A stretch of 64,000 nucleotides of DNA from Azolla caroliniana (GCA_043228905.1 JBHGNT010000113.1:18064-82063); one strand, 5' to 3'. Counted from the stretch's first letter, positions 48,732 to 60,700 are shown. Notes: a model not told the origin generated them from the letters alone. Program-made: numbers and translations.

Positions 48732-49517
48732 ATGGCAAAGCTTACTTCCGTATTCCTCATGGCCGTGATCATGCTCGCCGCGTGTACCGCGGCCAATGCT
48801 AGGTCTGTAGGGCGGGACCGTGAAGAGGAGCGACGCGATCGACGTCGTGAGGGAGACATTGACGAGGAGAGGCGCGATCGACGCCGAGAGGGGGAGTGCG
48901 ATGACGAGAGGCGCGAGCGACGTCGTGAGGGGTTCCTTGAGGAGGGGCGCCGCTACAGAGACAACAAGAGAGACTCCGAAGAGGAAAGGGAACGTCGTAG
49001 CCGTGGTCGCGATGAGCCACGTGACGAGGAACTGAGGCGAGAGTGCGGTGATTTCATCGACAAGCAGATCCGAGAGCTACAAGAGCGCTCCGAAAGAGAG
49101 GAAGGTGAACAAGGACGTCGCTCCCCATGGATCGAAAACACTCGATACTCAAGACCCTCGGAACGGTGCTGCAGGAACGTCGAACGAATCCCCGCCGAAG
49201 ATCGATGCGATCGCCTACGTGATGCCTTGTATGCTGACGAGGAGGAACGACGCAATGATGAAGGCCGACGCCATGGCCAACAATCAAGGGAACACCGTAG
49301 CTGGGAGGAAGAGGACGAGGAGCGCGAGAGAGATAGCAGCCGTGAGCGACGAGAGGGTGACGAACGCCGCCACCGCATGTCTCGACGACAAGAGGACGAA
49401 CGTCAACAACGTCGCCAATTCAAGGCCGATGACGAGGAAAGAGCTCTAGGCGTCGCCGCCTCCCGCCTACTCCAACAGTGCGATCTTCGCCCTCGTGCTT
49501 GTATTCGTCGCTTCTAA
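48732..49517 (+). CDS. 2S-albumin-like storage protein (copy 30)
   Basis: Intact 261-aa ORF, consensus protein. Confidence 0.85.
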   Translation: MAKLTSVFLMAVIMLAACTAANARSVGRDREEERRDRRREGDIDEERRDRRREGECDDERRERRREGFLEEGRRYRDNKRDSEEERERRSRGRDEPRDEELRRECGDFIDKQIRELQERSEREEGEQGRRSPWIENTRYSRPSERCCRNVERIPAEDRCDRLRDALYADEEERRNDEGRRHGQQSREHRSWEEEDEERERDSSRERREGDERRHRMSRRQEDERQQRRQFKADDEERALGVAASRLLQQCDLRPRACIRRF

Positions 49518-50677
49518 ATAGTACATAAACCTTGTTCAAATTATTCTCGTGGTCTCTCTCTAATTTCTCGTAAGTGTTTACGAACAAGTGCGTCTCCCCA
49601 ATCGCGCATTACACCCACACGAACGTAAACACGAGCACCAACGTCCCTCCAACACGAACGTAAACACGACCACCAACGTATAGAATTTGCCTATAGGGGA
49701 CCGCAAACCACCCAAACGGAAAAAAAATATCAAAGCAGAACACCCATACCGCACACGGCACGGCAACGGCTAAGGTCAACTTGTACACGCGGCGAATGTG
49801 AACTTGCTTCCACACTTGCCCGATAGGACACTCCTAGTGTGGTAGTCCGGTTAGCTTTCCTTGTCGTCGTCGTTACCAACCCCTCGTCCGAACGAGCGAG
49901 TACGGACACCGGTCTATCTACGTTCATCGATGTAGCACACTCGGGAGCCACCACTCGTCCCGCAGTAGCCTCCGCGTGCTTAGTGTCTCGGCACTAGCGC
50001 GTGCTAGTTTAATGTGCACGTGCCCGCACACCCCTACGCGCACGCGCGAGTGCGCACATCTACCTACGTATGTATAAATGTTATGTTGCTCGACAAGCTC
50101 TCGCGCGAGGAGGAGGAGGAGTACCCGCCACAGGTTGCGCCCAGATTGTCTGGTGACAATACGACACCTAGGACTAGCCTAGACGTGTGGGAGGGTGGAC
50201 TAGTTGGTATGGGTCTTGGGCAAGAGTTGTACGCAGGGACACACACGTTATGGTAATGGGAGTGGTGAGTGACATGCATGTGCTCTGATTGCATGGCCAT
50301 GTGTATATATTAAAGGTGGAGGGAGCAATGTCAATACAATCCATTAGGAGACAAGCACCGGGATCATAAGGACAATCGCAATGGCAAAGCTTACTTCCGT
50401 ATTCCTCATGGCCGTGATCATGCTCGCCGCGTGTACCGCGGCCAATGCTAGGTCTGTAGGGCGGGACCGTGAAGAGGAGCGACGCGATCGACGTCGTGAG
50501 GGAGACATTGACGAGGAGAGGCGCGACCGACGCCGAGAGGGGGAGTGCGATGACGAGAGGCGCGAGCGACGTCGTGAGGGGTTCCTTGAGGAGGGGCGCC
50601 GCTACAGAGACAACAAGAGAGACTCCGAAGAGGAAAGGGAACGTCGTAGCCGTGGTCGCGATGAGCCACGTGACGAG

Positions 50678-51132
50678 TATTATAGATCATAGTACTAATG
50701 TAAGCTTAAGATAAGGATAATGAAAAGATAGATAGAAAGGAGAAAGAGAAAGAAGGGTGCCGATCCACCCGACCACCCCCGAGCGAAGGGATCGAGACGG
50801 ACTCGAGCCTCGATCGGCGTCCCATACCACCGCCGTGGCGTCGAGTCGTACCTGGTGCTGGCGCGCTCGCTACAAGAGTTGACCCACCACACGAGCAGAG
50901 TCTCGATGTAGTCAAAAGATCCTCAAATGAGGGTAGCTAGGCCTCTTATTTATAGCGATACCCAAGGCCCCCAGGCAAGTTCACACTTGACCTAATGGGT
51001 TGTCTCAATCCCGAGGATTAAAAGTAATCCTCCCCTTCTTTACACTCTCATTTAACCCTCACAGTTATCCACGTGTATAGAATACTACGGTAAATTCTTA
51101 CCACGGGATATTATATGGTCATGCCCGTAACA
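50678..51132 (-). repeat. 3' LTR (455 bp)
   Basis: Direct repeat of 57240-57694; on the minus strand begins TGTTACGGG and ends CTATAATA. Confidence 0.95.
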
Positions 51133-54100
51133 TACTCCCCCTCTTTAAAACATTGCACTCTTGCAATGGAAAGTTAGGGAAGTTAGTTCTAAGTGTATTT
51201 TCGCGTTCCCATGTGGCATCTTTTATTGATTTATCCATCCATTTTATTTTGAATTCTCGTATTTCTTTAGTACGTAATTTTTTTGTTTTAACATCGAGAA
51301 TTCTTTCTGGTACATGTGGTTTAGAAGATAATTCTTCAGAAGTAACCAGAGTTTTAGTCGTAACTGTATTGTCGCCAGAACCTAGAAGTTCTTTTAGACG
51401 ACTCACGTGAAAGACTGGATGAATTCCGACACCATCGGGAAGAGCAAGACGATAGGCTGATGACCCAATGCGTTTGAGGACTGTAAAAGGTCCACAAAAC
51501 CGTGGGGCTAACTTAGCGCACTTACCCGTAGACAATGTCTTAGAATTGTGAGGTACACGTAAAAATACCTTCTGTCCAGGGTTGAATACACGAGGTTGCC
51601 TATGATGATCGGCATAAAAACGCGCTCTATCTTGAGCTGTTTTTATATTATCTCGTGCAATATGCAACATATCTTGCATATCCCGAAGAAAGTTTTGCGT
51701 ACTTCGCAACTCATCATGATGTATAGTAACATCAATCGGGGCTCGTGGCTGAAAACCATACATCAACATAAAAGGACTATATCCCGTCGACGTATGCTTG
51801 GAGCTGTTATAAGCAAACTCCAAAATTGGGAGATAACGTTCCCATTTTGTTGGTTTTGCACCAACGTATGCTCGAAGCATGTCCTCAATAATTTGATTTA
51901 CTCGTTCTGTCTGTCCATCGGATTGAGGATGATCCGTGGAGCTCATGCTCAACTTAGTTTCTAACTTCTTAAAGACTTGTGTCCAGAAGTCACTAGTAAA
52001 CTTTGGATCTCGATCACTCACGATATCCATCGGTAACCCATAAAAACGAAACAATTCGTCAACGAATTGGTAAGCCAATTCAGGAGCTGTTACCGTGGTT
52101 TTAGTAGCAATAAATCTGGCCATTTTAGTTAGTCGATCAACGACAACCCAGATGGCATCATGACCTTTTTGGGTGCGAGGAAGGCTAACAATAAAATCCA
52201 TGGATATACTTTCCCACTTATTATTGGGAATGTCCAAGGGATGTAAAAGTCCTGCGGCTTTAAGTCGCTCGGCTTTGTTAACCTGACACTGGTGACATTT
52301 AGTCACATAGCTATGTATGTCAGGACGCATCTTAGGCCAATAAAATTGAGTGGAGATAAGAACGAGTGTACGATGTATTCCAGGGTGCCCTGCGGAGGGT
52401 GCATCATGGCATTCAAAAAGAATCCTCTTTTTGACCTCGGGTAAATCTGGAACACAAACCTTCCCATTACGGTAGAGCAAACCGTTAGCAATGTGGAAGT
52501 ATTCCTTCGAGGATGTGGTGGTGTCTGTTCCAGACTCAACTCTTGCCCAGTATTTTGCGAAATAACTGTCATCAGGATACTTTCCTCGAAGGTGATCATA
52601 AAGATCTGATGATATTTCAGTGAAGCTAAGCATGTTAACTTCACGGATGCGACTTAGTGCATCAGCGACAGTGTTCATGGAACCTTTACGATATCGTATG
52701 GAAAAATCAAAGTCCTGGATGAGATCAGCCCATCGTGCCTTACGACCTTTCAGGTCTTGTTGGTCACAAAAATATTTCAAGGACTCGTGGTCCGTAGTTA
52801 CCACAAAGTGATTTCCATAAAGATAATGGCGCCATGTTTTGAGCGCATGTATAACTGCAAATAATTCCTTTTCTTGAACGGTATACCGACATTGAGCAGA
52901 ATCAAGTTTCTTACTCTCGAATGCTATTGGTTTACCATCTTGATACAAGACAGCACCTATAGCATAATCGCTTGCATCGGTTTCAACCTCAAAAGGTTTT
53001 GAAGGATCGGGTAAAAGAAGTGAAGGAGCCTTGCAAACTAGGTCCTTGAGTTCCTTAAATGCAAGGTCTAGTGTAGCATTCCACACAATAGGTTTTGTAG
53101 ACTTACGCGTTTGACCTTTTAAAAGATCAGTAAACGGTGTCGTCAATTGGGAGTAATTACGAAGAGACTTTCGCAAAAACCCCACAAAACCAAGGAATGA
53201 TCGAACTTCTCGAATATTCCGAAGAGTGGGCCAAAGCTTGATTTTCTCAATGCGAGAAGGATCAATTTCAACTCCTCGTTCGGTTATGAGATGTCCTAGA
53301 TAAGTAATTGATTTCTTGAAGAACTCACATTTTGAGATCTTCGCATAAAACTGTTTGTCACGCAATGTTTGTAAAACAAAGCGGACATGTCTAGCATGTT
53401 CTTGTAATGTACGGCTATAAACTAAAATATCATCCAAGAAAATAACGACAAATTTTCCAAGTTGTTCTCGGAAAATGTCATTCATTTCTTGTTGAAAAGT
53501 AGCCGGAGCATTGGTCAAACCAAAAGGCATAACCAAAAACTCGTAATGGCCATAGCGCGTACGAAATGCCGTTTTAGGAACATCGTCCTCACTTATTCGT
53601 ATTTGATGGTAGCCAGTACGGAGATCAAGTTTCGTAAAATACCGAGCTCCCTGGAGACGGTCAATTAGATCGTCAGCCCGGGGCAATGGATACGAATTCT
53701 TGATCGTCACTTTATTCAAGCGTCGGTAATTAATACACATACGCCATGTGCCCTCTTTCTTTTTAACCAAGAGAACTGGTGCACCCCATGGAGATTTACT
53801 ATAACGTATATAACCCATTCGTAAATAGTCCTTGAGTTGCTTAGATACCTCATCTTCTTCGGATCGACTTAAGCGATACGGAGGTATACTTATTGGTGCA
53901 ACACCAGGTACAATATCTATACGATGGTCTATATTACGTTTAGGAGGTAACCCATCAGGTAGTTCACTTGGAAAAACATCATGAAAATCATTTAAGATTT
54001 CATCAAGTTGTTGTTGTTCAAAATATGTTAATTGAATCGGGACATTATCGATATTGTAAACGTGAATGTCCGGATCAAGTACACAATAAAATAACGTAGA

Positions 54101-55552
54101 ACAAGACAACTCGGATATTGATGGACACGAGGAAACAATCGAGAGGGATTGTTTTTTTACACATTGAATAAAATGCGTACAATCGTTCAGTACAAAAGAA
54201 ATGGAATGTCGAACCCAATCAATAAATAAAGAAGAGTTTTTATTATAAAACCAGGGATAACCCAGTATTACATCGGTGGTACAAAGATTCATTACATGGA
54301 AGTCTACTTCCTCTATATAAGTATCAATAGAAATTCCTAATGAATGAATCGCCCCGTTGATGTATTGTACTCTTCCATCAGCCAAGTGCACCGTGTAGGT
54401 GTGATCACTTACGGTGGGTTGGATTCCCCATATCTGAACCAAACGATCATTCACAAAATTGTGTGAGCTTCCCGAATCAAATAAAAATTGTACGGGAGAT
54501 CCATTGATATACCCGTTTGCACGTAGTAAATCATTGGGACCCAATACATAGTGAGGGAAAGAACATTGACAATTACTTAAATGATGTGTATAGACCTGAA
54601 GGACATTAGGAATCTGACCTTTATGGTCTGCAGCTTTAGCTTTGTTGTCGTGCTCTTTCCGTTGGAGCTTTCGACATTGATCTTTTGTATGACCCTTCTT
54701 TTTGCAGAATACACAAAAAGGATGTTGTCGCTTACAATCGCGATCCAGGAATTCGTTGGGTGTCTTGCGTTTCCCAACAAATTGCGACTGCTTAGTCCCG
54801 GGCGCTTCGTTGGGTTTGTTATGGTCCTTCTTCGAAGTGCGTTGATAGCGAAGAACTATTTCAACGACCTCTTCGAAGGATTTTGGATCCTTATCGTGCA
54901 CTATCCAGTGATAGTCCGAATTGGGGATGCCATTGACAAAACAAGCTATCAACCAATTGTCCCCTTCTAGACCCGATTTTTGGATTTGGGTTCTAGCATG
55001 GTGAACATAGTCTTCTAGCGAGGAAAATTTCCTGCTAGAGAGGTTCATTAAAGCTTGTGCTGCCTCGGTTCGAGAGGGAGGTTGCAGAAATTGGCCCTTA
55101 AAAACCGTGACAAAATCTGTCCAGGTATCGGGCAATTTCCCCATAGTACGGAGGCCACGCCACCAAGCGGCGGCCTTACCCCCGAGTTCTCGGCCGACAT
55201 ATGCAATCTTCGTACTATCTGGCGTGGGATAGAGCTCAAAATGAGACTCCCATCGTCCAAGCCATGTGCAGATTGCTTCTTCGGTTCTTTCCTTTTTGTC
55301 TCCCGTAAATGGCTTAACGACAAATGATGGTTCACCTTGTCGCTCATCAGGTCTATTAGTCTCACGTTGTAGACTAATGACACGTGCCTCAAGAGCACTC
55401 TGAGATTGCCGAAGTTCGGTCATCTGTTGAGCGGTGAAACTAAGGTATTGGGTTATTTGTGCCAAATACATCTCAGTGGACATTTGTCCAGGAGGATTCC
55501 CTTGAGTTCCTTCCGCTTGAGCGGATGACATCGGGTCGTTAATTTGAGCCAT
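51119..55552 (-). CDS. Gag-Pol polyprotein, 1477 aa (Gag, CCHC knuckle, aspartic protease, RT, RNase H, integrase, chromodomain)
   Basis: [14 protein letters not shown]; [11 protein letters not shown]; [17 protein letters not shown] and FLDDILVYS; [20 protein letters not shown]; [29 protein letters not shown]; GPF; PERILD..FKIKW..DATWE. No stops or frameshifts. Confidence 0.97.
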   Translation of the reverse strand: MAQINDPMSSAQAEGTQGNPPGQMSTEMYLAQITQYLSFTAQQMTELRQSQSALEARVISLQRETNRPDERQGEPSFVVKPFTGDKKERTEEAICTWLGRWESHFELYPTPDSTKIAYVGRELGGKAAAWWRGLRTMGKLPDTWTDFVTVFKGQFLQPPSRTEAAQALMNLSSRKFSSLEDYVHHARTQIQKSGLEGDNWLIACFVNGIPNSDYHWIVHDKDPKSFEEVVEIVLRYQRTSKKDHNKPNEAPGTKQSQFVGKRKTPNEFLDRDCKRQHPFCVFCKKKGHTKDQCRKLQRKEHDNKAKAADHKGQIPNVLQVYTHHLSNCQCSFPHYVLGPNDLLRANGYINGSPVQFLFDSGSSHNFVNDRLVQIWGIQPTVSDHTYTVHLADGRVQYINGAIHSLGISIDTYIEEVDFHVMNLCTTDVILGYPWFYNKNSSLFIDWVRHSISFVLNDCTHFIQCVKKQSLSIVSSCPSISELSCSTLFYCVLDPDIHVYNIDNVPIQLTYFEQQQLDEILNDFHDVFPSELPDGLPPKRNIDHRIDIVPGVAPISIPPYRLSRSEEDEVSKQLKDYLRMGYIRYSKSPWGAPVLLVKKKEGTWRMCINYRRLNKVTIKNSYPLPRADDLIDRLQGARYFTKLDLRTGYHQIRISEDDVPKTAFRTRYGHYEFLVMPFGLTNAPATFQQEMNDIFREQLGKFVVIFLDDILVYSRTLQEHARHVRFVLQTLRDKQFYAKISKCEFFKKSITYLGHLITERGVEIDPSRIEKIKLWPTLRNIREVRSFLGFVGFLRKSLRNYSQLTTPFTDLLKGQTRKSTKPIVWNATLDLAFKELKDLVCKAPSLLLPDPSKPFEVETDASDYAIGAVLYQDGKPIAFESKKLDSAQCRYTVQEKELFAVIHALKTWRHYLYGNHFVVTTDHESLKYFCDQQDLKGRKARWADLIQDFDFSIRYRKGSMNTVADALSRIREVNMLSFTEISSDLYDHLRGKYPDDSYFAKYWARVESGTDTTTSSKEYFHIANGLLYRNGKVCVPDLPEVKKRILFECHDAPSAGHPGIHRTLVLISTQFYWPKMRPDIHSYVTKCHQCQVNKAERLKAAGLLHPLDIPNNKWESISMDFIVSLPRTQKGHDAIWVVVDRLTKMARFIATKTTVTAPELAYQFVDELFRFYGLPMDIVSDRDPKFTSDFWTQVFKKLETKLSMSSTDHPQSDGQTERVNQIIEDMLRAYVGAKPTKWERYLPILEFAYNSSKHTSTGYSPFMLMYGFQPRAPIDVTIHHDELRSTQNFLRDMQDMLHIARDNIKTAQDRARFYADHHRQPRVFNPGQKVFLRVPHNSKTLSTGKCAKLAPRFCGPFTVLKRIGSSAYRLALPDGVGIHPVFHVSRLKELLGSGDNTVTTKTLVTSEELSSKPHVPERILDVKTKKLRTKEIREFKIKWMDKSIKDATWERENTLRTNFPNFPLQECNVLKRGSMLRA
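51135..51146 (-). other. Polypurine tract
   Basis: Minus strand AAAGAGGGGGAG, 2 nt before the TG of the 3' LTR. Confidence 0.9.
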
Positions 55553-56730
55553 TAAAGATTATTTCTGGAAAAGAAATAGGATAAGGTCAGAGATATAGTC
55601 ATAACATCTTGTCGTGATGTAAACATATCATGGGCGAGCATTAATCGATATCATTATCTCACGTCAATACCCCTCTAGACGTATGAGATGAGGTTCAAGA
55701 TCAGGTTACTATGGTAACACAAAGGTGTTTTAAAAACCATGGGGGTGACAAATAAATGTCTTTCCCTGATCTCTATATCGATTTTTTCATGGTGGCTCCC
55801 CGAGGCTCAACCATGTATGTTCGCGTCATGAATAGTTTATACACGAAAAAAAATGTTAACAATAAACTATGTTTCGGTGCCCACATATGTGGTTTCGGCT
55901 CTTTAAGTCCTATTACGAGGACCCCGAGGTGCACTTAGACCTTAAGTCTAAACATGTGTTATAGTCATATGTATCAAGGATGTTGTATGGTCTTGGTCAT
56001 ATTTGAACTCGAGACCTCGAGAACAAATACATTAAACACTTGAGCCAACCAAGTAAGTTGCTCTTCTCGAATGTTTAATGTTTGATGCGTATAAGAGATA
56101 TGCGAGGCAATTGATCATATACGTTTTTTTAAAAGAACATATATGTCAAGGGTCCTTATTTCGCCCTCATTTACCAAAACTATGTTGGTACGTTACCTAA
56201 CCTCAAGTCTCGTAATTACGATGGCATACGCCAAAGTGCAACCTATTGGTGAAGCCAAATGAGCCCTCGTTTCGTAGTAGGCTCACGTGGGCCATCACAT
56301 GGTCACGTCATTACGAATGCCTCTCGTAAGAACGAGCTCATGGTGGCATCGTATCCATGTAACGAGGGAAGGATGTTGGATACGTGCGTCATTGGAACGA
56401 CCTCACTTGAAGTGGGTCAAGCCCTACGTACTCAACATCATTATGGCTATTGCGTTTCTTTACGTAACGAAATCGAGGTCATCAACGGGGTTGTCAACAA
56501 TAAAAAATTGTTGAAAAAGGAATGGTGACAACGCCATTCTCACAAAAATGTGAGGACGGCCACCAACATCCTTTTCCCGACCATGACAACTTTCGACATA
56601 ATCACGTAATAACGAATATACACATATGTTTACTTTTCACATATATACGATCAAATACGTATATATGTGACCACATATGCCTATATTAAACATATCGTTA
56701 TATTAAATAGCCACCAATGATGTGATCGAG

Positions 56731-56995
56731 ATACGTAATCGAGGTATATACCTCTACGCACACGAAACATCCACAAATAAGAGATCATCGTAATACGCAA
56801 TGGAGGTATTGACCTCTTACGCATACGAGAGCAAACGCATATCGTTTACAACAAATCAAGGTATTAAACTCATACGCAAACGTAACATATGTTCGTGAAC
56901 GTAATACGTAATTGAGGTATTAACCTCGTACGCATACGACACTCATCACATATTATTAATATGTCAAACGAGGTATTGACCTCGTGCACATATGT
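56731..56995. repeat. Five degenerate palindromic motifs (GAGGT-ATTR-ACCTC type) at 55-62 bp spacing in the retroelement leader
   Basis: Cores at 56741, 56803, 56858, 56914, 56970, mostly followed by TACGCA[T/C/A]ACG. Confidence 0.75.
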
Positions 56996-57227
56996 AAACG
57001 TTTTAGATAATCAATTAAAGACCACTACAACATCATTGATTTAATGAAAAAAATTACATATAAACTAAACACATGATTAGATGGGAGAAGAGAGAATAGA
57101 AAAAAAAATATGGAAAGAGTTACCGAAGTTCTTTGTTGATCGTTGTCTGGATCAAGGCCAACCGCACAATGATCGATCAGCATCAATCAAAAGACAAATG
57201 AAAAACAAAGAAACATTAGTAAAAAAA

Positions 57228-57237
57228 TCTGATACCA
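57228..57237 (-). other. Primer-binding site, initiator tRNA-Met type
   Basis: Minus strand TGGTATCAGA, 2 nt after the 5' LTR; matches the first 10 nt of the usual plant TGGTATCAGAGC. Confidence 0.88.
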
Positions 57238-57239
57238 AA

Positions 57240-57694
57240 TATTATAGATCATAGTACTAATGTAAGCTTAAGATAAGGATAATGAAAAGATAGATAGAAA
57301 GGAGAAAGAGAAAGAAGGGTGCCGATCCACCCGACCACCCCCGAGCGAAGGGATCGAGACGGACTCGAGCCTCGATCGGCGTCCCATACCACCGCCGTGG
57401 CGTCGAGTCGTACCTGGTGCTGGCGCGCTCGCTACAAGAGTTGACCCACCACACGAGCAGAGTCTCGATGTAGTCAAAAGATCCTCAAATGAGGGTAGCT
57501 AGGCCTCTTATTTATAGCGATACCCAAGGCCCCCAGGCAAGTTCACACTTGACCTAATGGGTTGTCTCAATCCCGAGGATTAAAAGTAATCCTCCCCTTC
57601 TTTACACTCTCATTTAACCCTCACAGTTATCCACGTGTATAGAATACTACGGTAAATTCTTACCACGGGATATTATATGGTCATGCCCGTAACA
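57240..57694 (-). repeat. 5' LTR (455 bp) with candidate TATA box
   Basis: No difference from 50678-51132 found by eye; TATAAATA on minus strand at 57516-57509. Confidence 0.95.
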
Positions 57695-59051
57695 ACGAGG
57701 AACTGAGGCGAGAGTGCGGTGATTTCATCGACAAGCAGATCCGAGAGCTACAAGAGCGCTCCGAAAGAGAGGAAGGTGAACAAGGACGTCGCTCCCCATG
57801 GATCGAAAACACTCGATACTCAAGACCCTCGGAACGGTGCTGCAGGAACGTCGAACGAATCCCCGCCGAAGATCGATGCGATCGCCTACGTGATGCCTTG
57901 TATGCTGACGAGGAGGAACGACGCAATGATGAAGGCCGACGCCATGGCCAACAATCAAGGGAACACCGTAGCTGGGAGGAAGAGGACGAGGAGCGCGAGA
58001 GAGATAGCAGCCGTGAGCGACGAGAGGGTGACGAACGCCGCCACCGCATGTCTCGACGACAAGAGGACGAACGTCAACAACGTCGCCAATTCAAGGCCGA
58101 TGACGAGGAAAGAGCTCTAGGCGTCGCCGCCTCCCGCCTACTCCAACAGTGCGATCTTCGCCCTCGTGCTTGTATTCGTCGCTTCTAAATAGTACATAAA
58201 CCTTGTTCAAATTATTCTCGTGGTCTCTCTCTAATTTCTCGTAAGTGTTTACGAACAAGTGCGTCTCCCCAATCGCGCATTACACCCACACGAACGTAAA
58301 CACGAGCACCAACGTCCCTCCAACACGAACGTAAACACGACCACCAACGTATAGAATTTGCCTATAGGGGACCGCAAACCACCCAAACGGAAAAAAAATA
58401 TCAAAGCAGAACACCCATACCGCACACGCCACGGCAACGGCTAAGGTCAACTTGTACACGCGGCGAATGTGAACTTGCTTCCACACTTGCCCGATAGGAC
58501 ACTCCTAGTGTGGTAGTCCGGTTAGCTTTCCTTGTCGTCGTCGTTACCAACCCCTCGTCCGAACGAGCGAGTACGGACACCGGTCTATCTACGTTCATCG
58601 ATGTAGCACACTCGGGAGCCACCACTCGTCCCGCAGTAGCCTCCGCGTGCTTAGTGTCTCGGCACTAGCGCGTGCTAGTTTAATGTGCACGTGCCCGCAC
58701 ACCCCTACGCGCACGCGCGAGTGCGCACATCTACCTACGTATGTATAAATGTTATGTTGCTCGACAAGCTCTCGCGCGAGGAGGAGGAGGAGTACCCGCC
58801 ACAGGTTGCGCCCAGATTGTCTGGTGACAATACGACACCTAGGACTAGCCTAGACGTGTGGGAGGGTGGACTAGTTGGTATGGGTCTTGGGCAAGAGTTG
58901 TACGCAGGGACACACACGTTATGGTAATGGGAGTGGTGAGTGACATGCATGTGCTCTGATTGCATGGCCATGTGTATATATTAAAGGTGGAGGGAGCAAT
59001 GTCAATACAATCCATTAGGAGACAAGCACCGGGATCATAAGGACAATCGCA

Positions 59052-59837
59052 ATGGCAAAGCTTACTTCCGTATTCCTCATGGCCGTGATCATGCTCGCCG
59101 CGTGTACCGCGGCCAATGCTAGGTCTGTAGGGCGGGACCGTGAAGAGGAGCGACGCGATCGACGTCGTGAGGGAGACATTGACGAGGAGAGGCGCGACCG
59201 ACGCCGAGAGGGGGAGTGCGATGACGAGAGGCGCGAGCGACGTCGTGAGGGGTTCCTTGAGGAGGGGCGCCGCTACAGAGACAACAAGAGAGACTCCGAA
59301 GAGGAAAGGGAACGTCGTAGCCGTGGTCGCGATGAGCCACGTGACGAGGAACTGAGGCGAGAGTGCGGTGATTTCATCGACAAGCAGATCCGAGAGCTAC
59401 AAGAGCGCTCCGAAAGAGAGGAAGGTGAACAAGGACGTCGCTCCCCATGGATCGAAAACACTCGATACTCAAGACCCTCGGAACGGTGCTGCAGGAACGT
59501 CGAACGAATCCCCGCCGAAGATCGATGCGATCGCCTACGTGATGCCTTGTATGCTGACGAGGAGGAACGACGCAATGATGAAGGCCGACGCCATGGCCAA
59601 CAATCAAGGGAACACCGTAGCTGGGAGGAAGAGGACGAGGAGCGCGAGAGAGATAGCAGCCGTGAGCGACGAGAGGGTGACGAACGCCGCCACCGCATGT
59701 CTCGACGACAAGAGGACGAACGTCAACAACGTCGCCAATTCAAGGCCGATGACGAGGAAAGAGCTCTAGGCGTCGCCGCCTCCCGCCTACTCCAACAGTG
59801 CGATCTTCGCCCTCGTGCTTGTATTCGTCGCTTCTAA
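59052..59837 (+). CDS. 2S-albumin-like storage protein (copy 32)
   Basis: Intact 261-aa ORF; synonymous GAT>GAC at codon 49 shared by copies 31-34. Confidence 0.85.
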   Translation: MAKLTSVFLMAVIMLAACTAANARSVGRDREEERRDRRREGDIDEERRDRRREGECDDERRERRREGFLEEGRRYRDNKRDSEEERERRSRGRDEPRDEELRRECGDFIDKQIRELQERSEREEGEQGRRSPWIENTRYSRPSERCCRNVERIPAEDRCDRLRDALYADEEERRNDEGRRHGQQSREHRSWEEEDEERERDSSRERREGDERRHRMSRRQEDERQQRRQFKADDEERALGVAASRLLQQCDLRPRACIRRF

Positions 59838-60700
59838 ATAGTACATAAACCTTGTTCAAATTATTCTCGTGGTCTCTCTCTAATTTCTCGTAAGTGTTTA
59901 CGAACAAGTGCGTCTCCCCAATCGCGCATTACACCCACACGAACGTAAACACGAGCACCAACGTCCCTCCAACACGAACGTAAACACGACCACCAACGTA
60001 TAGAATTTGCCTATAGGGGACCGCAAACCACCCAAACGGAAAAAAAATATCAAAGCAGAACACCCATACCGCACACGCCACGGCAACGGCTAAGGTCAAC
60101 TTGTACACGCGGCGAATGTGAACTTGCTTCCACACTTGCCCGATAGGACACTCCTAGTGTGGTAGTCCGGTTAGCTTTCCTTGTCGTCGTCGTTACCAAC
60201 CCCTCGTCCGAACGAGCGAGTACGGACACCGGTCTATCTACGTTCATCGATGTAGCACACTCGGGAGCCACCACTCGTCCCGCAGTAGCCTCCGCGTGCT
60301 TAGTGTCTCGGCACTAGCGCGTGCTAGTTTAATGTGCACGTGCCCGCACACCCCTACGCGCACGCGCGAGTGCGCACATCTACCTACGTATGTATAAATG
60401 TTATGTTGCTCGACAAGCTCTCGCGCGAGGAGGAGGAGGAGTACCCGCCACAGGTTGCGCCCAGATTGTCTGGTGACAATACGACACCTAGGACTAGCCT
60501 AGACGTGTGGGAGGGTGGACTAGTTGGTATGGGTCTTGGGCAAGAGTTGTACGCAGGGACACACACGTTATGGTAATGGGAGTGGTGAGTGACATGCATG
60601 TGCTCTGATGGCATGGCCATGTGTATATATTAAAGGTGGAGGGAGCAATGTCAATACAATCCATTAGGAGACAAGCACCGGGATCATAAGGACAATCGCA

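Larger units (their letters stand above)
50678..57694 (-). mobile_element. Full-length Ty3/gypsy LTR retrotransposon, chromovirus type, 7017 bp
   Basis: Two 455-bp LTRs, 5-bp TSD ACGAG, PBS, PPT, single ORF in Gag-PR-RT-RH-IN-chromodomain order. Confidence 0.97.
50381..58188 (+). pseudogene. 2S-albumin-like gene copy 31 disrupted by retrotransposon insertion after codon 99
   Basis: 5' part 50381-50677 (...EPRDE), 3' part resumes at 57695-58188; ACGAG duplicated at 50673-50677 and 57695-57699. Confidence 0.95.

Noticed and set aside
56259-56528. Extra antisense ORF or env-like gene in the retroelement leader
   Set aside because: Only 75-89 aa, no transmembrane or known motif; consistent with chance.
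56731-56995. CRISPR array
   Set aside because: Repeats are short and degenerate, there are no cas genes, and the context is a eukaryotic retrotransposon leader; kept as a hairpin array.
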